Positions 14,001-28,265 of a stretch of DNA of 64,000 bases are shown piece by piece; the stretch's first letter is position 1, and each line of letters starts with the position of its first letter. Under the pieces are notes generated by a model. The model did no database searches and was not told the DNA's origin. It saw only the letters and a list, made by a program, of their open reading frames with translations. The DNA lies in assembly GCF_001194135.2 (NCBI RefSeq), contig NC_068997.1, forward strand, positions 27,799,411 to 27,863,410, written 5' to 3'. The stretch is from Octopus bimaculoides. Lineage: Eukaryota. Position numbers and translations under genes: made by a program.

Positions 14001-16133
14001 TGATAATAATGATTTCTTTTATTTGGCACAGAGGTGTCAGACAAAAGGGATGTTACAATGACAGGTTACTATTTTTGTGTATGAGAGAGAGAGAGTGGTA
14101 TTTATAATTGGTTGTGTAAAAGAACATATGGGAGAAAAACAAGATGAAAAATATGCCTTGTATACAAAATATATAAATGCACAGATGATAGAGACCTTCT
14201 GGTACAGGAGGGCCTCTTCCTAGGGCTAAAGAAGGAACCTTAGTATCTGAAATCACTCTGACAACCAAGAGAGCAAGGTTTTACCCATCTGTTGTTCACC
14301 AGTCTACAGACAAATGCTTAGAGTAGTTTCATTGATGCTAACTGTTTTTGCCAGTCACTCATATTTCTAAAGATTTAAGGGCTTCCTTTCTCCCCACCCC
14401 CCAACTTTTATTTCCAAATTAAACTTGAAAAATTCAATGTAGGCTTCATATATGATATATTTAGACCAAACAGAACAGATAAAGAGAATTGAAAACCTTT
14501 ATAACCAAAAAGAAAGGTAATTTTACCAAAGGGGACCTGCTTTGCCTCTCACAGAGGGAGTCTAGACAAAATCATTAGTCCATACCAGCTTGCTCACCTT
14601 GTCCATCTGTCCAGCCCACTCCTTCTACATTGATTTGCACATCATCATCATCATCATTTAACGTCCACTTTCCATGCTAGCATGGGTTGGACGATTTGAC
14701 TGAGGACTGGTGAACCAGATGGCTACATCATGTGGAACCATGTGGTTAGAAAGCAGGCTTCTTACCACACAGTCACACTTGTGCCTAATATAATAAAAGA
14801 AGAAAAAAAGGAAAATATGTCTTTTCATCATAAGTCACCTTGATCAGATCTGACCTGATCGAAACAACAACTGCAAGACTTAAGCAACAGTTTTTTTTTT
14901 TTTATTTAGCAAATAGCAAATATGTCATCTTACATGGTGAACACACTGATGCCTCATGGGAAAACTGAAAACTCATTAAAACTTCAGATAGTCTCTTGGT
15001 TAATTTTTTGTTTTTTTTGTNNNNNNNNNNNNNNNNNNNNNNNNNNNNNNNNNNNNNNNNNNNNNNNNNNNNNNNNNNNNNNNNNNNNNNNNNNNNNNNN
15101 NNNNNNNNNNNNNNNNNNNNNNNNNNNNNNNNNNNNNNNNNNNNNNNNNNNNNNNNNNNNNNNNNNNNNNNNNNNNNNNNNNNNNNNNNNNNNNNNNNNN
15201 NNNNNNNNNNNNNNNNNNNNNNNNNNNNNNNNNNNNNNNNNNNNNNNNNNNNNNNNNNNNNNNNNNNNNNNNNNNNNNNNNNNNNNNNNNNNNNNNNNNN
15301 NNNNNNNNNNNNNNNNNNNNNNNNNNNNNNNNNNNNNNNNNNNNNNNNNNNNNNNNNNNNNNNNNNNNNNNNNNNNNNNNNNNNNNNNNNNNNNNNNNNN
15401 NNNNNNNNNNNNNNNNNNNNNNNNNNNNNNNNNNNNNNNNNNNNNNNNNNNNNNNNNNNNNNNNNNNNNNNNNNNNNNNNNNNNNNNNNNNNNNNNNNNN
15501 NNNNNNNNNNNNNNNNNNNNNNNNNNNNNNNNNNNNNNNNNNNNNNNNNNNNNNNNNNNNNNNNNNNNNNNNNNNNNNNNNNNNNNNNNNNNNNNNNNNN
15601 NNNNNNNNNNNNNNNNNNNNNNNNNNNNNNNNNNNNNNNNNNNNNNNNNNNNNNNNNNNNNNNGGCAGTCAAGGTGGTGGTGGTGGTGGTGGCGGTGAAG
15701 GTGATGGTGGTGGTAGTGATGAAGATGATGCACACACACACACACACACACATACACACACACACACACACACATGCACACATGTATGCGCTCAGATGCA
15801 TACACACACATGCACATGCACACATGTACACACATACACACACACAAGCATGTACACTCACTTACATACAACACATATACACACAGACATGTGTGGGTGT
15901 GTATAAGGAGTGTAAATAAAGTCACTTCTGAGCTCCTTGAAAAAGATATCCTGCATAGGGTTGGTGACAGAAAAAGCATCCAGTTGGATAAACTGTGCCT
16001 CAATGAGTTTTGACTCATCCATCCAACCCATGCCAGCATGGAAAACGAACCTTAAAAGATGATGATGATGATGATGATGACGTTGTGTGTCTGTGTGTAT
16101 GTATATATGTGTGTACTATTTTACCAAGCCAAA

Positions 16134-16240
16134 GGAAACCTTCAGAAACTGTTGCTCAGAGTTTCACATGATTGTTCATCAGGCAGTTGTCTGATGAACA
16201 ATCACATGAAACTCTAAGTAACAGTTTGTGAAGGTTTTCC
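16134..16240 (-). other. Isolated hairpin of about 100 nt (pre-miRNA-like or very small foldback)
   Basis: 37-bp stem 16146-16182 / 16191-16227 around an 8-nt loop, with further pairing aaccttca/tgaaggtt outside. There is no direct evidence that it is expressed. Confidence 0.45.
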
Positions 16241-16313
16241 AGCTTTATCAAAAGATCACTTTACTATACTTTTGGTTTCAGGTGCTATTTTTCCACCTTG
16301 TTTTGCATATGTG

Positions 16314-16373
<60 letters not shown>

Positions 16374-17055
16374 CATATACATATACATACAGATATATAT
16401 ATTATATACATGTAGATTGAATATACACGTATTTACATATGTATACACACACACACACAACTATATATATGTATGTTTGTGTGTATGTGTGTGTATATAA
16501 GTATATATATACATATGTATGTGTATACATATCTATATATGTGTTTATACATGCATACATATACTCATATATACATGCATGCATGCATACATACATTCAT
16601 ATAATATATTAGTTAGCTGATACTGCATTAGAGAGAAGTTTTAGTAAAGTAATGGAAGAATTATAAGTGTCTTTTAGTTGCTAGAAAACAAAATATATAA
16701 ATAAATATAAACAAAATGAAATAAAATGAAATGAAAAATTAGTAATAAAAGTAATAAAAACACAACCAATATCATATGATACTACAACAAAGACACAGAA
16801 TGGAATAAAAAAAACACTAAATAAATAAATAAATAAATATAACAATAACAACAACAACCACATCAGCAACAACCACAACAACAACAGCACTAATAAGCAT
16901 TGGTATTCATTCTTGTTATAAATTTCTTTTTACTTATTCTAGTGGGAATTGGGAAAGACTTACAAGGCATTAGCTGTGGCTTAAATATAAATTCATGCCC
17001 ACATACACTCATACACACATACCCACATACACTCACACATACACACACACACATG

Positions 17056-17086
<31 letters not shown>

Positions 17087-17269
17087 AACACGTGTGTGTG
17101 TGTGTGTGTGTATGTATGTGTGTGTAAAATAGAGGGAATCGAATATATCTAGGTACATTAATATAGAAGTACTTCAGTATATTTTTGTCTGGACAGATTA
17201 GACAGCAAAAGATTCTAGGTTACTCATCTGATCTGATCAGCAGTCAATGCAGAGTTGAAACAGTTGCTC

Positions 17270-17960
17270 GTTGGTGCCAGGTATCCTTCAAGTCTGTGTG
17301 TGTTGCCAAAAGATTTGGGAAAAGTATACCTTGGTGTCAGGTGAAAAGTACATGTGCTGGTGTCATGTGAAAAAACCCCTCATACCGGGCACCATATAAA
17401 ATGCACACATGCCCGTGCTATGTAAAAATCACCCATGCCAGTGTCACATTAGGGAGCACCAGCATCAGTGCCACATTGGACAGCATCAGTACTAGTGCCA
17501 CACACATAGCACCCATGCCAGTGCCATATTAAGAGCACCTGTGCATGCACCGCATACAAAAGCACTCATGCCAGCACTCATGATCGCACTATGTGTAAAG
17601 CACCCAGTACACTCTGTAAAGGGGTTGCCATTAGGAAGGACTGGCTTCCGTGTCGGTGGCACGTAAAAAGCACCGACAGGTTGTGGCTGTTGCCAACCTC
17701 CTCTGGCCCATGTGCCAGTGGCATGTAAAAAGCACCCACTACACTCANNNNNNNNNNCCTCCTCTGGCCCATGTGCCAGTGGCATGTAAAAAGCACCCAC
17801 TACACTCACGGAGTGGTTGGCATTAGGAAGGGCATCCAGCTGTAGAAACTCTGCCAGATCAGACTGGAGCCTGGTGCAGACTCCTGGCTTTCCAGGCCCC
17901 AGTCGAACCGTCTAACCCATGCCAGCATGGAAACGGACGTTAAACGATGATGATGATGAT
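17270..17960 (+). mobile_element. Longer copy of the (GAT)n-tailed retroposon with degenerate gtgcca..taaaa..gcacc tandem units
   Basis: Many short degenerate units at 17270-17650, a roughly 60-bp unit repeated across the 10-N gap, then the conserved 3' block and (gat)n. Confidence 0.65.
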
Positions 17961-20900
17961 GATCCAGCTGTTGAAACCATATGAAAACAGACAACTGGAG
18001 CCTGGTGCAGTCTTCTAGCTTGTCAGTTCCTGTCATACCATCCAACTCATACAAGCATGGAAAAAAAGGATGTTAAATGATGATGATGATGATGAATATC
18101 ACCTGAGAAAAGGGTGTCATGCATCAATATGAATTTACATAACGTTACCGGTTAAGTTATACATACACCACTGCTTTTGCAGTTTCTGGTTACCAAATCC
18201 TCTCACAGGCTTTGGTTAGCCTAGGGCTATAGCAGAAGACACTTGCCCAATTGTTCAAACCAAGATTGGCTCCTAATCTAGATGGCTTCATTTTACATAA
18301 TATACTTTCAGTGAAGCTTAATGTATCTTTTTTGAGTTAAAAGATACAATAATTTCTCTGTTGTTTCTTGTTGTTGGTGATGTGAAAGATATTAGTTGTG
18401 TGTTTGCAATACTGTGTTAATATTATGGCAATAGAAGTATTTTTTTTTTTTGTAATAGATATTGATGTTAATCATCATCTTCATATAATGTCCACTTTTT
18501 CAGATGGAATTTGCGCATGTGGATTTTCTACTGTTGTATGCTTTTGCTTACAGCATTATAAAACCTGTCACTGGTCTTCATCTATTTCCAAGCAAGGTAA
18601 CATTTCCCCATGTCAGATATATTTTTTGTGGAAGACTGGAAACAAGCAACATCGTTTTATTGCAGTGGTGCTCATTTAAAACCATCACATGATGTCGAGA
18701 CAAGAGTACACACAAACACACACATGCATGCATGCACACACACACACACACACACATGGGCACAAGCACATTCACATGCATACAAGCACATTCACATGCA
18801 TACAAGCACTTCGGTTTCTCTTGACCAAATCCATCCACAAGGCTTTTGTTGATCTAGAGATGTGGTAGAAGACACCCAAGGTATCACACTGTGGGACTGA
18901 ACCTGCAGCCACATAGTAGGGAAGCAAGCTTCTTAACCACACAGCCATGTTTGTGCCTAACAACAACTCCTGTGTCTCACAGCTACGTCTACACCCATGA
19001 CTGTAGCAATATTAATGTGTGAAGGAAGATGGTGAGCTGGCAGAATCGTTAGCACACCAGGGGAAAATGCTTAGTAACATTTCATCAGTCTTTACATTCT
19101 GAGTTCAAATTCTGCAGAGGTCAACTTTATCTTTCATCCTCTAAGGGTCAATAAAATAAGTACTTGTTGAGCACTGGGGTTGATGTAATCAACTTACCCC
19201 CTGCCTGAAATTGCTGGCCTTGTGCTAAAATTTGAAACCAAAATAAAGTGTGAAGGAAAGTGATAGATTGAAAGAATTTGGCAGAGCTTCAGACCAAACT
19301 GTTTTGTGATAGTTTTTTCCTGTCCTTTATTCCTCTACAAAAGCACACCATCATCACCTCCACCAAATATATGGCATTGCGTTTGTGCCTATATTGGAAA
19401 TCAATATAAGTGGTATTTTTAGCAAAACTGTTTAAATTATATTCAATATTGAAATGCAACAAGAATCGATTGGCAAAATTCAGCATTGGACAAAATGGTT
19501 TGCTGTACTTATTCCAAATCTGTATATCCTGAGTTCATATCTAGCCAAGGTTAATTTTGCCCTTCCTTTTTTTCATGATGCAGCTTTTTGTGTGTATCTA
19601 AGTTCTAAAAGAAGCATGTCTTATTTTGCCAGTCTCTCCTGGTTCTAAAATTAGGTACACCTTCTTCTTGGATGTTGTAAAAAACAGCTAAAAGGATTGG
19701 CAAAAGAAAAGGCATTCAGCTGTAAACGCTACCTCAGAATACCTGTCCAACCCATGCCACCATGGAAAAGTGGACATAAAATGATGATGATATAATCAAT
19801 AAAACATAGTAATAGTCATATACTGGAGTTAATTCCATTCATTCATTCATTCATTCTGATATGTCTGTTTTCCCATGTTAACATGAGCTAGATGAATACA
19901 TAATATTAGCTTTATCTTTATAGAACTTCACAGACTCCAAGATGGTTAACCCTTTTGTTACTATATTCCTCTTGAAATACAACTGCCTTTGTTCTAATCA
20001 ATTATGAAATTTAGGAAGAATTTAATAAAATAACTTAGTTATAATTAAGCCTTTTGTTACCATATTTTCGTTGAAATACTCTAACTTTTGTTTCTATCAA
20101 TTTTGAAAATAAAAAAAAATTAGCATTTGGAACATAAATTAAGATGAAATAGTGGTTTCAAATTTTGGTACAAGGCCAGCAATTTTGGAGAAGGAAGCTA
20201 TTTAATTACATCAACCCCAGTGCTCAACTGGTGCTTATTTTATCAACCCTTGAAAGGATAAAAAGCAAAGTCGGCAGAATTTGAACTCAGAACATAAAGA
20301 GATGAAATACTGCTAAGCATTTTTGCACGGCATGCTAACAATTCTAGCTGATCTCTGCCTTGTATTTTAAGAGGAAATATTGATGGAAGGCCTTAATTTA
20401 GATCATTTGGAAACAGGAAATTTGTATCATAGATCATAGAATCAGAAGCAGTCTCAGAAAGTTTGTATGAAAAGGGTTAATTTAATCAACCCTCACTTTT
20501 CCTCACAACATGTGATACCTTTGTGATTTTGTTTCAAATCATTATTATAAAAATTAGTCACAGAGTTGTCAGTTCTGTTCTTTAACCAAAGGCCATTCCT
20601 AGTTATGTCCGTTCTGTCTTCTCATCAGATGTTATTCTATGTGACCTGCCCCCCCCCACTCCCTTTATTTTAAGTAGGAAGATTGTGATTTGAGGAAGAT
20701 TTTGGTTGCTGTTTCAAGCAGACCAAGCAACTGCAGATTGAACTCCCCCATTGGCTCGTTGGTGGTGGTGATGATGATGACGATGATGATGATGGTGATG
20801 ATGATGATGAGGAGGAGGAGGAGGAGGAGGTAGAAGAGAATGATGATAGCAACAATGACAATGGTAATGGTGAAGACAACGACGATGATGATGATGGTGA

Positions 20901-21374
20901 TGACAAAGAAGATGATGCTCACATCTCAATCCATATCCATTCGGTACATTCTCTACTCTCAGGTTAATTTAATCAAAAATCCATTAGTTAGAGTGGCGAA
21001 ACACTGTTGTTGTTATTGTTATTGTTGTTACTGATGCTGCCGTTGTTATTGTTGTTGTTGTTCTTCTTCTTCTTGATGTTGCTGTGGTTGCTAAGTTTGT
21101 TGATGTTATTGCTGGTGTTGTCATTGTTGTTGTTGCTGCTTTTGTTCTTGGAACAGTTATACAGGTGGTGGTGGAGGTGGTGGTGGTGGAGGTGGAGGTG
21201 GAGGTGGTGGTGGTGGTGNNNNNNNNNNCTGCTTTTGTTCTTGGAACAGTTATACAGGTGGTGGTGGAGGTGGTGGTGGTGGAGGTGGAGGTGGAGGTGG
21301 TGGTGGTGGTGGTGGGTTTTTGTTGTTGTTGCATTGTCAGTGTTGTAGTTGTTAGTGTAGCTATTATTGATTGC

Positions 21375-21775
21375 TGTTTAACCCCAGGTCAAAGTTGATA
21401 CAACAGACTTAGGTTCAAAGACATTCTGACCATGGCCATTCCATCTTTTCTTTACATTCATACTGTATGCTTTCAAATGTGGCCTTCCTTCTTTCAAACA
21501 ATAAAGTTTGATTTGAGGGAGATCGGCCTGATGTGTCTAGCATGCCAAGCAAATGTGTTGCAGCATAAACCAATAGGAAAGCTTCTAAGTGGTTGCTTAG
21601 CCTGCCAGAAATAACAGCTAAATCTTCCTCAAACCACTTCTGGCTGTCTTAAGAGAAAGGATACATTAGATAATGTAGCCCGAGGAATAATATGCTTGAC
21701 AAAATGATGCCATGGACAAAGCTGGAATACCTTTGATCAAAGCTCTACCCAATCAGGACTGTCCTAGGGCTAAAA
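21375..21775. mobile_element. Old palindromic MITE with long diverged arms (family E)
   Basis: Left arm aaccccaggtc..cagacttaggttcaaagacattctgaccatggcc..gatttgagggagat; right arm is its diverged reverse complement. Single-arm fragments at about 3000-3175, 4780-4868, 7330-7470, 59020-59130, 60270-60365, 60440-60525. Confidence 0.55.
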
Positions 21776-22438
21776 AAAGAACAACAACAGCAACATAAAC
21801 AACAACAAATAAAGTCTCCCTTTATTATTCCATGTAGCTCAATCAGCAGATGAAATCAATCCCCTAGCGAATTTTAATTTTTTTAATCTTTTAATTAGGA
21901 GAGAAAAGCAATGCCCTTGACCATTTAAGGCAGTGGTTCTCAATCAGGGCGCTCGTTAGAGTCATATCTATCATCATCATTATCGTCATCATCATCATTG
22001 TCATTGTCGGCAGTGTCATCATCCTTGTTATCATCATTATCGTTGTTATCGTCATCATCCTCATCATCATCATCGTCGTCGTCATCATCATTATCATTGT
22101 CATCATTTAATATCTGTCTTCCATGCTGCACAGTTTCGATGATTTGACAGAATCTAAAAAGCTGGAAGACTTGTGTTGAGTACCAATATCCATCTGAGCA
22201 TGGTTCCTATGGTTCTATGTCCTTCCCAATGCCAACCACTTCACAGAATGTACAGGGTGCTTTAATTTCTTCCACTTCTTGTGAAACTGACACTAGAGAG
22301 GTTATCCCGTCTTCAACAGCATGAAAGGGAACTCTAGAACTCTTAAACCCTAAAAGAGTATACTGGATACTTTCTATCATTGGCTGAGGTCACCAAGTAA
22401 CTCACAAGACAGCCCCATTTCATCCTGACTGAGTTTAA

Positions 22439-22649
22439 CTTTTAGCACTTAAACCAGCTATATCTAACCCAATCATTCTATTTTATGCTCAAACTGACTA
22501 GATCCAGCCTCTCACACCTACTCTACAATGTCATAATGAAATAATTATACCAATGAAACTTCTAAGCAACAAGATAATGCATGATAAATTCAAAACATTG
22601 TGAATAAATAAGCATTGCATTTGACTGAGTAATCCTGAATGCTATCAGG
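22439..22649 (+). mobile_element. TTAA MITE, diverged copy of the 52786 family
   Basis: TTAA on both sides; degenerate TIRs CTTTTAGC / GCTATCAGG; shared internal blocks ttttatgctcaaactg and tgtgaataaataagcat. Confidence 0.7.
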
Positions 22650-22940
22650 TTAAGCTGAAAGAAAAGCAAATTATCTAAGGTGAACTAATGAAAAATTGGT
22701 AGCTGTTACACCCAGGTTATAACTCTAGATATATACTAGTAATTAATGGGAGGTGGGGTATTTAATTATGTCACGAAATGCTTCTGTACCAATCTTGAAA
22801 AGTTAGGCTGTTTCACAAAACTCAAGTATAACTAAGTTAATTATGATATTATAAATCATTAATGTGTGTGTGTCTGTGTGTGTAAGTATGTATTTGCTTG
22901 TGAGTGTAAATGTTTATGTTCATTTCTTTCTTTCACCTTC

Positions 22941-23002
<62 letters not shown>

Positions 23003-23194
23003 TCTCCTCTTTTCTTTAAATTCATAGATGCAATTATTGGGGCACTTGGATAAACACCAATCTTGGAAGTTAGGTTTCATAAAATCACAAAGAACATGGC
23101 TAATTAAGTAATTACAATTACAAGCCATTAACAAACCTGTGAAAATACATAAAACATTCCAGTTTTGTTGTTTCTTGTTGGTATGTATGTGCGT

Positions 23195-23248
<54 letters not shown>

Positions 23249-23386
23249 TATTAATAAAATTGCAAAGACATCACAAAAACTGCTACTCAAAGTTTCCCAT
23301 TCCTGGTCGTCAGACAGTTTTGGTTAAGAATATATATATATATATATATAAATACGTACATACAGAGAAATAGACATAAAAACATG

Positions 23387-23429
<43 letters not shown>

Positions 23430-23449
23430 TATGTATATAGACATATATA

Positions 23450-23790
23450 TATGCCATCAAATTACTACCTCCCTGTGCGATGCATCATTGTCTCAAAAGC
23501 AATATACAATACCATTTGGGAAAAGGACTGTCCTGGAATAAATGTAGAGAATCCCCCTGTTATTGAATGTGTACATAAAAATCAACAGAGAGAATACTGG
23601 TGGAATATTCCCATCAAACCAACTGTCAAATGTAAATATAACAAGTTGAATATCGTTGTTTGGGACAGACAAGAAAATGTATGTACCATCTTAGAAATCA
23701 GCTGTCCTGCTAATGTAAATATCTTTTTAAAAATCATAGAGAAAGAGGACAACTGGTGCGAAACCTCCAGCTTCTAAATCCAAATTATGT
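23450..23790 (+). mobile_element. Non-LTR retrotransposon restriction-like endonuclease fragment (R4/Dong-like, tentative)
   Basis: YYLPVRCIIVSKAIY (degenerate RHD..V...H), then EYWWNIPIK...NKLNIVVWDRQENVCTILEISCP (degenerate PD..(D/E) endonuclease motif). Confidence 0.7.
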
Positions 23791-24119
23791 ATTCACATTT
23801 ATACCAATAACAATTGGTGCAACTGATTTTGTAAGCCTAAGTGACAGTTTGGATAAGCTAAGGTTTTCAGAAAAGAAATCACCCTACTTGCTCACACATT
23901 AAAAATACAATTTGTAAGTGGAACAGTAAAAATATGAAAGACTTTTCTCAAGTTTAAAATGTGACTTCATTTTTGTTATCTTCATTTTTGTGATGGAGAT
24001 TTCTATCTTTGTTAGAAACTAGCTTATTCCTCAGAGGAAGAATTCAACTAATTGGAAATAGAAGAGTACATACATACAAACATACATACATACATACAAA
24101 CATACATACATACATACAT

Positions 24120-24150
<31 letters not shown>

Positions 24151-24371
24151 TACAGTGGTACAGTGAAAATTTGTAAAACATTTCAGGGATCTCCAATTTG
24201 AGGTTCCTGGAATGAACACATACTCACAATCACATGTGCAAGTGGCAGACACATATTTTCAGAGTAGTGAAACACACACGAACACACTCTTGTATACTAA
24301 AGAAAGAGATACATACATTAACATGAGAGGAATTTTACACATACATACACACACATACGCACGCACACACA

Positions 24372-24422
<51 letters not shown>

Positions 24423-24852
24423 CTACATATATGCACACACTAACTCATTTACATATTCAAAAATACCAGAAACAGTTTTGGTGTCTTGTTAGAGGGTGGT
24501 TTGAGTTGTGTGAAAGAAAAACTTAAATAATTCATACATACACCACAGCCATACATATACATACCTCTCTATACACCAACACATATCTATATGTGTGTGT
24601 GTGTGTGTGNNNNNNNNNNNNNNNNNNNNNNNNNNNNNNNNNNNNNNNNNNNNNNNNNNNNNNNNNNNNNNNNNNNNNNNNNNNNNNNNNNNNNNNNNNN
24701 NNNNNNNNNNNNNNNNNNNNNNNNNNNNNNNNNNNNNNNNNNNNNNNNNNNNNNNNNNNNNNNNNNNNNNNNNNNNNNNNNNNNNNNNNNNNNNNNNNNN
24801 NNNNNNNNNNNNNNNNNNNNNNNNNNNNNNNNNNNNNNNNNNNNNNNNNNNN

Positions 24853-24896
<44 letters not shown>

Positions 24897-27157
24897 GCAT
24901 TCCTATATTCACATGCTCATATCTACATCCATGCATAGACATACATATACACTCATACACAAACACAAATACATACTACTGCGCACTCACATGCTCACAT
25001 TCATGAATTCAGATATACACATATGCATACATATATGCTTACATCTCTATAAGCACATGCCCATATCTACATCCATATATACACATACATATATACATAA
25101 ATACATCTATCCATACATACACATACATACTTACATGAACATACATATCCATGCATACAAACTATCACACACGCACACATGCACACACGCACACATGCAT
25201 ATACTCACACACATGCACATATGTCTACACACAGATATCCAAGAGGATAATCGATATTTTCCATACAACCAGATCCAGTCATTCTTTTTCTCCATCACAA
25301 AATGTTCACTGAAGTAAAATTTCAGTTTTTTTTTTCCAGAAATAGTATTTATGTTTTCCAACTGACTTATTTGAAGAATATTATAATTATCTTGGCTGCT
25401 AAATTCACAAAATTCATATAAATCTTGTTAAGAAGCAACATTTATCTCTTTTATTAGATTCTATTGCTGGCTACATATACCTACCCCATCTACAGTCAGT
25501 ATGGAAGAATTTTCTGAAAGATAAGCCATAAATAATAACATTATGCTGTATGAGCAAGAGCCAATGCTCAAAATATCGACATTCAAATCTATCTTAAATG
25601 ACATCATACTTTTCGTTTTTCCGTTTTTCTTTCAGCTTTTACTAGTTTATTAGTTTCAGACATTAGACTGTGGCCATGCTGTGGCACTGCCTTTAAGAAT
25701 GTTTAGTTGACCATATCGCCTCCCAGCCATCAGTACATATTTCTATAGATTAATCTTTTGCAACACATTTAGTAATGTGTGTGTGTGTGTGTGTGTGTGT
25801 GTTGTGCAAATGTAAAGGAATGTTGATATTTCAATACCACCATTTGAGTGAAACCATCTTGATGTTTACATTTCATGTTGACATTGCAATCAGTCACTCT
25901 GCTCTTTGATAGTCCTGTGAAATAAAATGAATCCATCTTTAAGAGGCAGGCAAAGGTTAGTTGCAGGAGGAGCATCCGGCCATGTAATTCTTTATGGGAA
26001 TAGGTTCCTGTCAAGCCATGCTAACATTGAAAGCAGATGTTAAATGGATGAACAAATGAAGACACACACACACATGACAGATACACGTGTGTAACTTGTG
26101 TAACTATCATGATGATATATATATGTGTGTATATGTATGTGTGTGTGCATGTGCGTGTGTGTATGTATGTATGTATGTACAAGTGTACATATGTATATAT
26201 ATATGCATATATGTGTGATAAATTAAATATAGAAATATTCAATTGACAATCCAATAATTTATTTATATTACATTACATTAAATACTATGAATATGATATA
26301 TAACATAACATAATATTATGTAACATAATTAATTACATAAACCATAAAAGGCCAACAAATATATATTTTTTCTGATATGCATAATCACAGTTCCATTATA
26401 TATAAAGTCACTTTTGGGTCTTGGCTTTAGAAAAAGATGGACCTACTACAATTAACATCCAAATCTCCTTCAAATCACGCATTACTGTTTTAAAAATGAA
26501 CTCATTGAACCACATAGTCTTCAGGCCTTTGTGGATAAGAAAATGGATGGGAAGATCACAGCTGGACTGCTTTTGATCATAGGTTTGCTTGGTTAGAATT
26601 GACCTGGGATTAAGCAACAACTAAATAAGGATTTCTTTAATCTGTTAATCTGTTAATCCTTAACTCTTTTCTTCCTTTGAAGGAATATTAAAATAGAAGT
26701 AACAAAAATTTGGCAGTCATAACAAGTGAATTTACAGCCTTGTGGTCCATAAATAAACATCTAGCTACTTTCATTTAACTTTGTAGACATGAAATTTGAA
26801 CTTTGTCAGTACAAACTGACATAAATAACAGTTTGAACTAATATAACATCACAACTGAATGTAAAAAATTTGGACCGGTTTACCTCACCCTTCCTCCATC
26901 CATGACCGTCCCTGACAACTGATTCATTAACACACACACACACCTACATGCACACCAACATGCGCACCTATATACACACTAATCTCCATAAACATTACCA
27001 AAGAGACAACCAGAAATTCCAGTTTGGCTCAACCAGATCTTCTGGTGTTTGGTTCAAAGAAATCTATTATAAGAAAGCAGTCTACAACTCACTTATATTT
27101 GACAGGGATGGGTGTGGAAGACAAGTAAAAATATAGTAGTGTTGTTGCTGTTGTTGT

Positions 27158-27215
<58 letters not shown>

Positions 27216-27289
27216 AACGATGATGACGACGACGACGACGACAATGATGATGATGATGATGACGATGTTTCAGCGATCAGTATGGTGGC

Positions 27290-27590
27290 AAAATTCCCTA
27301 AATACCATATGTTTGTTCACACCATCCTGTTTTGGCTAATAAGACAGGCCAGTCCCAATAGTGGACTTGCACATGATGGAAGTATTTGAGCAAGTTCACC
27401 TTTACTGGATTCTCCATGCCATTACTGTTCAATCAATTCCTTTCCTCAACTCTTTTTCGAAAGCACCTGTATTGGTTTGGTCGACCATTCTGTCAACCAC
27501 AAGCAAAGCACTTTGTGGTGGAGTTTCACCAGAAACCCTCCCAGGATATTGTAAATAGGTGGATGGACATAGCTGGGAATCAGGATTATC
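27290..27590 (+). mobile_element. Highly degenerate LINE (RTE/L2-like) region downstream of the RT domain
   Basis: Frameshifted pieces MEVFEQVHLYWILH and RKHLYWFGR...NRWMD resemble LEVFE..LRRIL and LRWFGH...RW.D. Similarity is weak. Confidence 0.4.
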
Positions 27591-27776
27591 ATAAGCAAGT
27601 TCGATTTGGATTATTGAATTAATATCGGGTCTTTGAGTGTAATGTGTTAGCTATTGGAATTACGACCGGTTAACAATTCCCATGTCAGGTACCTATTGTT
27701 GGCTTCTGGTTGTCCTTGGATCTGGCAGATCCTGTCAAACCATCCGACCCTTGCTAACATGCAGCATGGACATTAA

Positions 27777-28265
27777 CCCTTTAGCATTTAGATTTTTCTG
27801 TCAAATGTAGACTGATCCTCCATCACTTACGATGACAAAGGTTCCAATTGATCCAATCAACAGAATAGCACGCTTGTGAAATTAGCATGCATGTGGTTGA
27901 GCGGTCCACAGACACCAACACCCTTAACATAGTTCTCAGGGAGATTCAGTGTGACACAGTGCGAAAAGGCTAGCCCTTTGAAATACAGGTACTACTTGAG
28001 CAACATGAAAGAAAGTGTCTTGCTCAAGGACACATGTCACCAGGAATTGAACTCTCAACCTTATGATCATAAGCCAAATAGTCTAACCACTAAGCCATGC
28101 ACCTGCACTTCTGTCAAATGTAAAGCTTATTTATTCCAATGGCTTTAAATTAATCATTCATTATTTTGTAGCTTTGTGAGCTGAATAATGTGATTGTTGG
28201 ACTTTTAGAATAACATTGTAGGTTAGGCGTGAGAAGTCACATCTGGCTGGTTTTAACATAAAATA
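27777..28265 (-). mobile_element. TTAA MITE of the same family, reverse orientation, interrupted by a SINE
   Basis: Starts TTAA-CCCTTTAGC and resumes after the insertion with gcttatttattc. A further reverse fragment lies at about 40925-41090. Confidence 0.65.
27810..28108 (-). mobile_element. tRNA-derived SINE nested in the MITE
   Basis: 14-bp TSD ttctgtcaaatgta at 27796-27809 and 28109-28122. The right end is the reverse complement of a tRNA-like head (gcatggcttagtggttaga); the body resembles the 39153 SINE. Confidence 0.8.

Noticed and set aside
13840-14630. Short candidate minus-strand exons (LDPSLTQRPQETTSS; VISDTKVPSLALGRGPPVPE; KEWAGQMDK|gtgagc)
   Set aside because: No homology recognised and no coherent phase chain; such sites arise by chance. 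RNA-seq is needed.
21135-21315. Exact duplication of about 85 bp around a 10-N gap; similar case at 17697-17810
   Set aside because: Typical of overlapping contig ends joined by a minimal gap; probably an assembly artefact.
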